Source of the DNA: Tortispora ganteri
Taxonomy: Eukaryota
Direction of reading: 5' to 3'
NCBI GenBank assembly: GCA_003707115.1
Contig: PPNB01000004.1
Location: forward strand, 186,001 to 250,000
DNA length: 64,000 nucleotides
Below, in pieces: positions 29,727 through 39,511 of this stretch (position 1 is its first letter; each line of letters begins with the position of its first letter). The notes under the pieces were generated by a model. That model did not search any database. It saw nothing but the letters and a program-made list of their open reading frames with translations, and was not told where the DNA came from. The position numbers and the translations under genes were made by a program.

Positions 29727-30770
29727 TCAGTCTAGTCCTTTGAATTTAGGAATAGTTGAGCTTGGACCTTTCGTTTTTCTTCGTTTCGTCTTGACTGGCG
29801 GAGGTGTGACGCTTGAATCGGAGTCAGAATCGGAGTCAGAATCTGAATTCGATTCATCTGCTGATAATTTCCTGGATACGATATACTCTCCAGCAGCGGC
29901 ATAAAATCTATCAGATCCAACAGCTAATCCAAATACTGACTCTGAAACATTCCATTCATTCAAGATTTTAGACGATTTCACGTCTACCTCCCATACATAG
30001 CCCTCACCGCCAGCTGCGAGCATAGTAGATTCTATTGGAACAACACAGTCAATAGAATCCGGCTCATTTTTTGATAAAGGTACTCGTAATTGCTGATCGT
30101 CCCACCGGCCGTACCACAACGTCAAGACACCAGACGCGGTGCCAAAACCAGCAGTTCCAGTATGTCTAGAAGCGGCAGGTCCAGAACCAGGAAGAACTGT
30201 ACCACACATGAGTTCGTCTTCTTGGTTCTCAGATTTCTGCAGGACTGGATTTCGTTTCCAGCCATGTTGTCGGATATCTATATGGGCTACAGTTGCACCA
30301 CCACTGGTCAAACATTGGAAAGAGTTTAAGTGGTATAAAGGTACAACTGATGAGATAGAATCTCCATGTATATTTGGTACCGTTAGATTCGGCATGATGT
30401 CAGTTCTGACATCGTATACATGTAGATCACCGCCCTCGGTGCCGACTGCTATGATTCGATTGTCGTTCATAAATGTGACTGTAGTCGGTACAGTCTTTAA
30501 TGCTGATTGAGGATTTACTAATGCTGAAAGTTTCGAGATGACTTGACCTGTTGATGAATCTGCTAATTTTATTACTCTGTCGGATCCTACAGTTACTAGC
30601 TTTTGATTAAGAACTTGAAGTCCACGGACGGAGCCTTTGTGTCTATTGGCAGCGTATAGTGGGATTAGATTATCGTGAGCTTTCCATGCTTGAACTCGAC
30701 CTAGAGCTGTGCCTGTATACAATACGTCGTCATCTATGTCTATACAAAATACAGGTGCGTCAAGTTTCAT
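29727..30770 (-). CDS. JIP5: WD40 ribosome-biogenesis protein Jip5
   Basis: ATG at 30770; RHKGSVR, SENQEDELMC, SDSD/KRRK tail ending FKGLD. Confidence 0.8.
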   Translation of the reverse strand: MKLDAPVFCIDIDDDVLYTGTALGRVQAWKAHDNLIPLYAANRHKGSVRGLQVLNQKLVTVGSDRVIKLADSSTGQVISKLSALVNPQSALKTVPTTVTFMNDNRIIAVGTEGGDLHVYDVRTDIMPNLTVPNIHGDSISSVVPLYHLNSFQCLTSGGATVAHIDIRQHGWKRNPVLQKSENQEDELMCGTVLPGSGPAASRHTGTAGFGTASGVLTLWYGRWDDQQLRVPLSKNEPDSIDCVVPIESTMLAAGGEGYVWEVDVKSSKILNEWNVSESVFGLAVGSDRFYAAAGEYIVSRKLSADESNSDSDSDSDSDSSVTPPPVKTKRRKTKGPSSTIPKFKGLD

Positions 30771-30906
30771 GTAGAAAATATTGTAAAAAAGGAGAGAAGG
30801 AGGATTCGTGCAGGTCACAAAAAAGGATTTCAAAAAGCTTATTTGTTGGTATGGCTAAAATCAAAGGTAGTAGTAATACAGCCAGGATGTACAGCGCAAA
30901 AGGTGC

Positions 30907-31719
30907 TTATAGTTTGACATCATTTGTCTTTTTATAGACTATGAATTTAGGACCGCCCTTGCCTTGGTAGACGTATCCGCTTTCGCCGCAGCCCCAGTCC
31001 ATAACGACTTCGCCTTTTTTTCCAGGTACAGGATTGGGTATAGGACTAATCACCCGCATGCCCATTTGATCAGAAGCGTCTTTCGGTGAATACTGCGCGA
31101 GGTAATGAGCAATATAAAACTGTGGCGGAAATAGGATTATTTTGCCATCTTTGAAATCTTGCAATATTTGTGTAGGGGTGACCCATCGGAGTTGCGTGGC
31201 CTCACCTTCTGCACTTTTGGGCACAGGCATGAGCCCTTCAGCATTGACAACTTTCGCGCCTTGTCTGTCGACAACTTCATCGATTTCAGCTAAAAAGAAT
31301 GTCGTTCTGAATCGACGGGGCATATTCTTCGGGGTGATCCATGTACTGAAAGGTAACAATGACTTCTTCATGGAATCATGATCTACTCCGGCTACTTCAG
31401 CAGATTTGGCGTATGGTAACATCTGCGTACCGTCGTATAAGGCATGCAGTTTACCGGCACCTGTGCTCGATAACATAATTCCAGTTTCCTCATAAGTTTC
31501 ACGTAGAGCAGTGTACTCACTGTCCAAATCTTCAGGATCCGTGGCACCTCCGGGATATACGCAGGCAAGGGCATATGTGCCTGATGACGGTCGTGATACA
31601 AGCAGTATACGTTTCTGTTTATCGAGTAGAACCAATGAAGAGCTCAGAGTTATTCCTTCTTTTCTTGACATTGCACGTTGAATTGTTAAATTTACCAAAT
31701 TAGGCCGCAAAAGTGGCAT
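30907..31719 (-). CDS. Nudix hydrolase, NUDT19-like (putative acyl-CoA diphosphatase)
   Basis: VYPGG..D...ALRETYEETG Nudix box, WITP..MPRRFRTTFF, ILFPPQFYI; ends VKL. Confidence 0.85.
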   Translation of the reverse strand: MPLLRPNLVNLTIQRAMSRKEGITLSSSLVLLDKQKRILLVSRPSSGTYALACVYPGGATDPEDLDSEYTALRETYEETGIMLSSTGAGKLHALYDGTQMLPYAKSAEVAGVDHDSMKKSLLPFSTWITPKNMPRRFRTTFFLAEIDEVVDRQGAKVVNAEGLMPVPKSAEGEATQLRWVTPTQILQDFKDGKIILFPPQFYIAHYLAQYSPKDASDQMGMRVISPIPNPVPGKKGEVVMDWGCGESGYVYQGKGGPKFIVYKKTNDVKL

Positions 31720-31913
31720 CTCTTCTATTTATATTTACACAGTGATTTCACCTCTATAATGGACACAAGTGGGGTCGGGCCTTAATTCTTACAGAAACCA
31801 GGACCCCCCCTCCCCTACTACCCCCCAAACTAGCTCAATAGTATGGGGAGGGGATTACTCCACAACACTTTAAAACCTCGCTTATATATAAACCCTATTT
31901 GTTCCTACATAGA

Positions 31914-31919
31914 CCGAGG
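31914..31919 (-). promoter_or_regulatory. CCTCGG (FarA/FarB-Ctf1-Por1 core element) upstream of the Nudix gene
   Basis: CCGAGG on the + strand, about 195 bp upstream of the Nudix ATG. Confidence 0.45.
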
Positions 31920-32501
31920 TTTTTGGTTAATAAAATACTGTTATGTGAATAGTCCACCACTAGAAATCGAATATATGGTTTGCGCGTTCGAAATAACTCA
32001 ATAGGTCTTGTGCATTGTATAGTATTGGCTATTACTTAAATGCAATAATCCCACGAAATACTTGCCCTTTTTAGCGTTAACTAGTATGTTCTCCTATTAA
32101 AAAAACACTTTATCTGAACTCCACATATCTCCGGTCAAATTTACTTGCCGAAACACTCTATGTATCTCTTCCTTATCTAGATAATCCGAAGACAAGAAGA
32201 AACCTAATAATAAGTCTTAAAAGCCCTATTCCATTTTATCTCACTAATAACTCTAATTTCTTCGTTAAGTTTCCTTAGTCCGAGCGTAATTTCAATAGAA
32301 ATAGCCAATAAACTATAGCGATCGGGCAATTAACTTCTGCATGCCCACCATATCTTAACTATTTCTCGATCTTGGTAAATCCTATTAATTCTTTATCTCA
32401 AGGCTTTTAACTTACCTGTGATTTCAATTTCATGTTATTCGCTACGTTTGTTATATAATATAGAAAGCCTCGCAGAGATTCTCTTTATTGTACATAAAAA
32501 T

Positions 32502-35069
32502 ATGCCCCGCGCACAACTGAAACATCAGAAAAGTCGAAACGGTTGTGTAACTTGCAAAAAGAAACGCCAGAAATGCGACGAGCGGCATCCTACTTGCGCT
32601 AATTGTGAAGCGAAGAAAATCAAGTGCGGTGGCTATGTAACCACATACAAGTGGCTACCTTTTCGTGAGCCTTCATTCAAGGACGAAAAGAAGTCGTCCA
32701 AGCAGCAGCCTGCTAGTACGAATGGCGCAAATTCAGGCCATACTGAACAGCAACAGTTCAGCGTGCTGAACGAACAAAAACAAGCTTTAAACACTAACCA
32801 GCGCACTCTAGACCTAACTCCTTTATTCATGTCATGTGCTTCAGCCCAAGGTGTTGATCTTACTGACCAACTTTCTTCGGCGGATCTGCTCGACTTGTCT
32901 GAGGCAAATGATCAGCTCCCAGAGAATTGGTCGGACCAGACTACCGAGCCAGCAGTGCTCCCTTTGTTTCCAGAGAATGATGCTTCAGATACAGCAACTG
33001 AGCTTCCCTTGGAACTCTCTATCAGTCCACAACAAAGTGTCAATTCCCCCTTATCTTTCTTTTCGTGGCTCAAATCTCCGGAAGGCCCAACACAAGAGCC
33101 TAAACTCAGCACTGGCCGTTTCCCGATCGAAAGCCCAGCATTTGAACACGTCATAGCTAACTCAGTTTCTTCTTCTAACTGGTCAATTCTGCAAGCGTCT
33201 CCAAAATCGGAAGATGCTAACTCCAACACTGATCAACTTTCTCAGACCCGCTATAGCTCGCTTTCACCCACTGCTATTCAGTCTATATCATCGGTTCCAT
33301 ACCCAATGAATGACTTCCACACTTCCATTCTACTCAATTATAACTGTTATACTTCTTCGATCTTATCAATCCGCGATGGACCAGACCACAATAATCCTTG
33401 GAGAACTATCGTTTGGCCTCTAGCCCAATCTTTTCCTGCATTATATTATGCATTGGCAGCCATGACAGCTTTCCATGTAGGTCCGGGATCCAGGTATGAA
33501 AGAGTTTCATTTAATGGCCTGGACCATATGCAAGCATCACTCACCGAGTTGACTAGCGCTATTCAAGGGAATACCAAGGAATTTAGGCATGGTTACGTGC
33601 GGCATATGCAGGCAGCACTAGCCACAACACTATCGTTATCGTTCGCTGAAAGTTGGGATCGAGCATGTATGTTCCAGATACAAAGTATAAAGTCGTCTCG
33701 CGCTCTGCTTTATCATGCCTTACGTGCAATGAGCGTAAGACAGGAAGAACGTCGGAATAATCGTCGTCGTGCTTTGGAAAGCCGCAGAATAACAGCTTTA
33801 GAGGATGAACCTGAAGCTGCAACCACGAACAGCAAAATTGAGCACACTGGAAAATTTAATTGTCGTATTAGACGTCCATCTGTAACGGTCACCGTTGAAG
33901 GTAAGAAAGTGAAGTTGTCTGGAAGAATGCAGTTTCTTTATAATTCTTGGATGTATGTCGATGTGCTGTCTAGACTTACTTGTGACAAAATTCCTGAAAG
34001 CAACGAAGAGAAGTTTATTGAATCGTTTGGAAACGCCAACCTTGCAGATTTCGAATCAGCTATAGAGAATCCTATCAGACTCACACCCACATATGTATCA
34101 GAGACTGCCGAAGTCGAAGAGCTCTCTGACGGCGACTCCGACTGGGATGACAGCAGCAATGATGACAGTGACGATGACTTAGATACTAATATCTCTAATC
34201 TGCAAAGCTGCAGGCGTGACGAGACTAGAAATCGACGTCGAGAGAGTAGCGAAAGCAGTGAGGCGCAACTTGATTTGCCTCAAACTCGGTTTCCAAATGC
34301 AGAAAAGAAACTATTTGCTTCAGAGGGTCCTGTGGTAGATGCGCTTTTAGGATGTGCTGAAAAGCTATTTCCATTGATTGGAAAAGTGACGACCATAGTG
34401 CGCTTATCTCGTGCTAACAGGCCGAGCTACTCATTGATTTCTGCGGCTGCTATGCTTAAGAAGAGTATCCAAGACTGGAAGCCGCCAGATGTGTTTCAGC
34501 ATATGTATCGTGAGATTCTTTACAGCTCGGCTATAGGAGTTGAAACACACGAATCTTTTGATGTAGGTGCTTGTCTCGCAACTGCTGAAGCATACCGAAA
34601 TGCGGCTCTTATATTACTGCACCAAGCAGTGCCCCAGCTCATCGTGTCTGTTGGTGGAGAGTCACTTATTAACTTCAATGATGTGATCCAGACATTGGCT
34701 GATGCTGTGATGTCTCACATTGCATCAATTCCTCCATCAAGCCGTACATGCACTGTTCATATTTTCCCCTTGATGGCTGCGGGCTGTGAGACAACTACTA
34801 TTGAAGGAAGAACCTGGGTTCTAGAACGATGGGATCTACTTTCTAGACGGTTAGGCATTGGTAATGTTGATAGCGCAGTGGAGGTTATGAAGGAGGTATG
34901 GCGCCGAAGAGATGCAACATCCAGCACGTATTCCAAGCCAGGAAAAGAGAATAAGGGATCAGAAATGGTATGGGTTGATGGGCGTAAAGTATACAAGGGA
35001 AGTATTCATGATACAGCTCATTGGCAGTCAGTTATGAGAGAGTGGAACTGGGAAATATTTCTAGGATAA
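32502..35069 (+). CDS. Zn(II)2Cys6 transcription factor with Fungal_trans_2-type domain (resembles Neurospora Acr-2)
   Basis: KSRNGCVTCKKKRQKCDERHPTCANC..KCGGY; NPWRTIVWPLA, FLYNSWMYVDVLSRLT, HIFPLMAAGCE; ATG at 32502. Confidence 0.9.
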   Translation: MPRAQLKHQKSRNGCVTCKKKRQKCDERHPTCANCEAKKIKCGGYVTTYKWLPFREPSFKDEKKSSKQQPASTNGANSGHTEQQQFSVLNEQKQALNTNQRTLDLTPLFMSCASAQGVDLTDQLSSADLLDLSEANDQLPENWSDQTTEPAVLPLFPENDASDTATELPLELSISPQQSVNSPLSFFSWLKSPEGPTQEPKLSTGRFPIESPAFEHVIANSVSSSNWSILQASPKSEDANSNTDQLSQTRYSSLSPTAIQSISSVPYPMNDFHTSILLNYNCYTSSILSIRDGPDHNNPWRTIVWPLAQSFPALYYALAAMTAFHVGPGSRYERVSFNGLDHMQASLTELTSAIQGNTKEFRHGYVRHMQAALATTLSLSFAESWDRACMFQIQSIKSSRALLYHALRAMSVRQEERRNNRRRALESRRITALEDEPEAATTNSKIEHTGKFNCRIRRPSVTVTVEGKKVKLSGRMQFLYNSWMYVDVLSRLTCDKIPESNEEKFIESFGNANLADFESAIENPIRLTPTYVSETAEVEELSDGDSDWDDSSNDDSDDDLDTNISNLQSCRRDETRNRRRESSESSEAQLDLPQTRFPNAEKKLFASEGPVVDALLGCAEKLFPLIGKVTTIVRLSRANRPSYSLISAAAMLKKSIQDWKPPDVFQHMYREILYSSAIGVETHESFDVGACLATAEAYRNAALILLHQAVPQLIVSVGGESLINFNDVIQTLADAVMSHIASIPPSSRTCTVHIFPLMAAGCETTTIEGRTWVLERWDLLSRRLGIGNVDSAVEVMKEVWRRRDATSSTYSKPGKENKGSEMVWVDGRKVYKGSIHDTAHWQSVMREWNWEIFLG

Positions 35070-36000
35070 AAGAATTATTTAAGCACTTATTTATGTGTAG
35101 GTGCACTCATTTATATGAATATCTGACACTAAGAAATAAATAGCATGATATTTACTGCAACAAATTCCCATAATAATACAATAGATAGTATGTCTTTAGA
35201 GCGCGTATATTCTCTGCATTCAAATTTGTCTCTATTATGCTCCTAAAGCAGGCAGATATTTCATTCATTTTATGAAAACTTAATGACAAGTAAGATTTTC
35301 ATTACTTCCTAATTAAGTTTGAATTTCTTTCGCAACACGTTACCTATTTGGGGAAAAAATTCCGCATTATAAATACGCCTACGCTGATAAGATCGGTATA
35401 GTTTCATTGAAATAGATATAATGTTTGAATAGAAATGCATTAAATCTAGAATTATTGTAATAATTAATGTTATAGTACATACTTGTATATATGAATGTGT
35501 TCCAGCAGCCTAATTCTTCTTGTTGCGCCACATTAAATCATAGGATGAAGCGAGATACCCTCTAAGGCCACCACAATGTACGTCCAGATAAGGTTGAACC
35601 TTATTGTATTTAGGTTTAAACGTAAAACACATCTCGAGATTGTACTTATGAACAAGGCACATCTGAGCAGTAAATGCTCCTCTGACAATACAACTATACT
35701 CTTTTTGATTAAAATGTTAAATTTTCAATAATTATTACATATAGTACAGTTAAATAAAAAACGGGAAGGTCTTGTGTAGCAGGCGTGCTAAAATAGACAG
35801 CAATTTACAGTTAGCATATGAATATGCACAGTTGTGAAAAATCAAAAGTACTAATCATGTTGTGGTATCTGACGCTAACTTTATCCATATCTGTATAAGT
35901 TGAGAGATATGTCTATTCGATTTCAAATTGATTTCAACTATAAATAGATAGACATGCCCATGGAAGTACGAGCACATTCTGATAGATTCACTACGATACA

Positions 36001-36354
36001 ATGCCTAAAATCAACTACTATCCCCAAGCTCAAAAGGAATACAAGCCTCCATTGATTAGCAGCAGCAATGCCTTCTTAGGAGATGTTTTCAACTCTAAGG
36101 ATTCTGGAGATTTACAAATCTCTGCTGGGTTCTACCGACAGGAGAAAGGTGAACCATTGGTTTACACCTATAATTATCATGAGATGAAAATCATCGTTGA
36201 AGGCTCTATGAAGCTCAGTGATGAGACTGGATACTCTATTGAAGTAAAGCCCGGTGACGTTCTTTACTTCGAGCCTGGTACTACTGTTACATTCGACTCT
36301 CCTGATTACTGCTTGGCCTTCTTCGTCGGAAGACGCACAGCCGATGGTGCTTAA
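36001..36354 (+). CDS. EutQ/DUF861-like cupin protein
   Basis: ISAGFY, YTYNYHEMKIIVEG, KPGDVLYFEPGT; TATAAATA at about 35939. Confidence 0.85.
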   Translation: MPKINYYPQAQKEYKPPLISSSNAFLGDVFNSKDSGDLQISAGFYRQEKGEPLVYTYNYHEMKIIVEGSMKLSDETGYSIEVKPGDVLYFEPGTTVTFDSPDYCLAFFVGRRTADGA

Positions 36355-36783
36355 ATGTTAAAGTGTTAAACTTTTAACTATACTGAAACAAAATGTAGAG
36401 TGAATATATAGATATGCATATATTCCAACACAATAGAAAAAACAAATCAATTGAATATAGACAGAAACCCCAAGTGTGATAGAGTGAGAAAATGTGGTCC
36501 GCTAAAACTTATCGGTAGACTGGTCAATCAATAGAAGACAGTCTTTTTTCTCATAGCGGCGAAGTAAATAGATCAACACCAACCAATCAATGCAAAATAA
36601 AACGCTGCTCTCCATCTTTCTTCACAGATACTTTTTTCCTAGATTTACGCTAGATGTCAAAGAGAGTGAGTAGACAAAATGCTAAATGTGCTTAGCCGAA
36701 AATAGAAGAATGGCAGGCGCTGGCCGAGTAATAAGCGGCATCAGAATATACAATGGCAAGAATAAAATTTCCCTGTCCATAAG

Positions 36784-38130
36784 TTATATTACGATCCACC
36801 AGCAGCCACCAAGAACCGCAAGCAAAACAACAGCAGTGACAACACCTGCACCAGCCCTGTCTGCAGTGGTTGATGGTTTTATCGCAACACCGTTTGAATC
36901 ATGTTCCATAGTACCGGCGTTGTAATCACCAGTGGAACTTGCACCAGTGTCAGCAGTAAGAGGCGGAGGTAGACGGTCTATCAGTAAGTTTTGCGTAACT
37001 TCTAAAGCAGACATTTGCTGACCTAATCCATAGCTGCCATCCCACTGTGTACTGTCCCAAGTCATACCACATGTGACACCATCCGTTCCACCAACACATT
37101 GACCAGCAGCACCAGCTGCAGAGGTCTGCAGCCATGGGTAAATAGTATCGCGGACTGGAGGCACAAGTTGATACGTTAGACCAAGGAACCGAGAGAAATA
37201 AGCACGAAATGACTTTTGATCAGTGTTGCAAGTGTCGTGAGTCTGGCATGCAACCTCAGTCATAATGTTGTTGGGGAAAAAGAGTAATGAGTCGGTGAGG
37301 AAGACTTCAATGTATCTGAGCCAAAAATCGTCTTCAGTATAATTGTAAAGGTAAGCACAACCAGCCATCATCATTCCAACATTGTAGGTCCACTGCACGG
37401 CATTGATTTGCGTGCAATTATCTTCGATATTCGTACCATCATAAACAGCGCCATTATTCTGACTCACTAAACCAACGTAGTCCATCCAATCTATAACTTT
37501 TCTTGCGTTATCAACGTAAGTGTCATTACGGGTGTATCTAGCAAGACGAGCTGCTATTTGAAACAAGCCGGCGTTCGAGATGGAGTTCTTATAGTTATAT
37601 CCATTGTTGAAGGAGAAGATCTGCCAACGAAGGCCGCCTCCACAGCTAGAATTGTCCCACCTGGCTAACATCGTATTATGGACAGCTTGAGCTAAATATA
37701 ACCATTGTGGTTGATCCGGAGCAGGATTTGAGAAGTTTCTTTCGGCTGCAGCCATTGCGGCAATGCCCCAGAAAGCTTGATCGTCATTACCCTCCGTGAC
37801 TGTTTGATTAGCAGGCATGTAGTCATTACCGGCACCTACCTGAAAGAGTAAAGCGTACTTAACGATATCGTTATATGTGTCATTTCCAGTATAAGCCCAA
37901 AAATCGATCATGGAGCCCCAAGCGCCACCAGCCTGCCACCAATAGTAAGGAGAGACGAACATACCTGGTGTTCCACCATAGGTATCGCCGTTGTAGTAGT
38001 CCATAAGGCCATGAGCGTACGTATTACACGCGGCTTTAATAGAATCTTCAGAATTTATATCCAATTCGACACCTAAAACAAGTGTCGCGTATGCAACAAA
38101 TGCCAGGTATATGCTGTAAATATAGTTCAT
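36784..38130 (-). CDS. GH76 GPI-anchored mannosidase, Dfg5/Dcw1 family
   Basis: Signal peptide from ATG 38130; YYWWQAG, EGNDDQAFW (catalytic DD), CGGGLRWQIF, YKNSISN, DQKSF; C-terminal hydrophobic GPI signal. DFG5 vs DCW1 not resolved. Confidence 0.95.
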   Translation of the reverse strand: MNYIYSIYLAFVAYATLVLGVELDINSEDSIKAACNTYAHGLMDYYNGDTYGGTPGMFVSPYYWWQAGGAWGSMIDFWAYTGNDTYNDIVKYALLFQVGAGNDYMPANQTVTEGNDDQAFWGIAAMAAAERNFSNPAPDQPQWLYLAQAVHNTMLARWDNSSCGGGLRWQIFSFNNGYNYKNSISNAGLFQIAARLARYTRNDTYVDNARKVIDWMDYVGLVSQNNGAVYDGTNIEDNCTQINAVQWTYNVGMMMAGCAYLYNYTEDDFWLRYIEVFLTDSLLFFPNNIMTEVACQTHDTCNTDQKSFRAYFSRFLGLTYQLVPPVRDTIYPWLQTSAAGAAGQCVGGTDGVTCGMTWDSTQWDGSYGLGQQMSALEVTQNLLIDRLPPPLTADTGASSTGDYNAGTMEHDSNGVAIKPSTTADRAGAGVVTAVVLLAVLGGCWWIVI

Positions 38131-38235
38131 AACGATCGCGATACAAAGTGACAAATGTACGAAATATGAGGGGGTGTTTACTGCGTTAAAATGGAGATAA
38201 AAAGGACCGATTAAGCAAATATAACTATGTTTAAG

Positions 38236-38245
38236 CTAAAAATAG
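38236..38245. promoter_or_regulatory. Rlm1/MEF2-type site upstream of the GH76 gene
   Basis: CTAAAAATAG matches CTA(A/T)4TAG; SCB-like TTTCGCG nearby at 38292. Confidence 0.5.
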
Positions 38246-38706
38246 AAATTTTTAGCACAGTCAAGTTAAATAAGCTAAAGGAAATCGGGTCTTTCGCGCG
38301 TTCGTTTGAACTTTTCCGATAAAAGAGAAGAAGGGATAATGGGAGGCCTTTTGATATTAATAGGGGGTGTAGCGGCTTCGCAGCGAATTAAAGTTTTTCT
38401 TTTTCGCCTTTTCTTCCTTTATGTACACAAGCTACTAAGCCTTAATATCGAAAACGTACTAAAAATGGAATTATTAGAGTTACGTAATGTGTCTTTCAGC
38501 GCTTGCCGTTGTAATAGACAACTAAACTGGTCTACAATTTGGTTCCTAATAGAAATGTAGATTATTATGTTACAACAGAGCTGCGGCTAACAAATGAATA
38601 AACAATATTGTATAAGACTAATACTAAACTTGGTGTCGATGTATGGCAATCCCTGTGGTATTATGAGGGGGAATAGTCACCTATATATTTTCCTGTAGCA
38701 GTTCGC

Positions 38707-39381
38707 TCATTGGTCTAGGAGGCTTATAATTTTTCGCTCAACTTCATCTAAACCTTGAACTTTGTAGTAATTAGTAGGTTGTACCTCGTGGACATTTTCA
38801 TTGATGTAGATCGCAGTCCATCCAAGTTTTATAGCTGGCGCAATATCTTTGTCGTAATCATCGCCTACATGGAAATATTTCAGATTAGACCCACACTTTC
38901 TTTTCACGCTCTCAAAAGCTCTAATATCTGGTTTTACAAACCCAGTTTCATAACTGAGAAATATCCCAGCGTTGAAAGGCCCTAGTTGGAGGTTTCGCAG
39001 TAATGCATGTGCTCTCAAATCCATATTCGATATGATACCGACATCACCTATTTTACTTAAATTATGGATCATATCTCTAGCGTGAGCAACAGGTTTCCAT
39101 GCATCTTCCGTTTCAAAAAAATCTATCACTTTACTGGCCGTTTTCTCGTCCACTCCAACGGTTTCTTGCACTAATGTGCTCCACCATCGCTCATATCCTA
39201 TACTGTCTTTTCCCGTGTTTGGGTATTGCCTCTCGAGATGTTTGAAATGTTCCCGAAACTTGTCATCAAAGTCACTGTTTAGTGTCACGCCACTAATCTG
39301 ACTATATAACTCTCTGATGGAATGTCTGGGTATGATCAACGTACCGAACAGGTCAAATGTGATCACAGCCCTTGGTGTCAT
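38707..39381 (-). CDS. HAD-family hydrolase (HDHD3/YMR130W-like)
   Basis: ATG at 39381; ITFDLFGTL (motif I), IISNMD, SYETGFVKPD, HVGDDYDKD. Confidence 0.88.
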   Translation of the reverse strand: MTPRAVITFDLFGTLIIPRHSIRELYSQISGVTLNSDFDDKFREHFKHLERQYPNTGKDSIGYERWWSTLVQETVGVDEKTASKVIDFFETEDAWKPVAHARDMIHNLSKIGDVGIISNMDLRAHALLRNLQLGPFNAGIFLSYETGFVKPDIRAFESVKRKCGSNLKYFHVGDDYDKDIAPAIKLGWTAIYINENVHEVQPTNYYKVQGLDEVERKIISLLDQ

Positions 39382-39511
39382 CGGATGCCAACTCTCAGAA
39401 CACTGGCCAAACAAGCATTTTAAGCAACATAAACATACACATTGAGTAAATTTACGGTAGTTCAACTAGAGACTAGCAAGAAACTAGTATAATCTATATA
39501 TTTTAGAATAT

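Noticed and set aside
32409..32417. Perfect minus-strand donor CAG|GTAAGT upstream of the TF
   Set aside because: No matching branch point/acceptor or exon found toward the Nudix gene.
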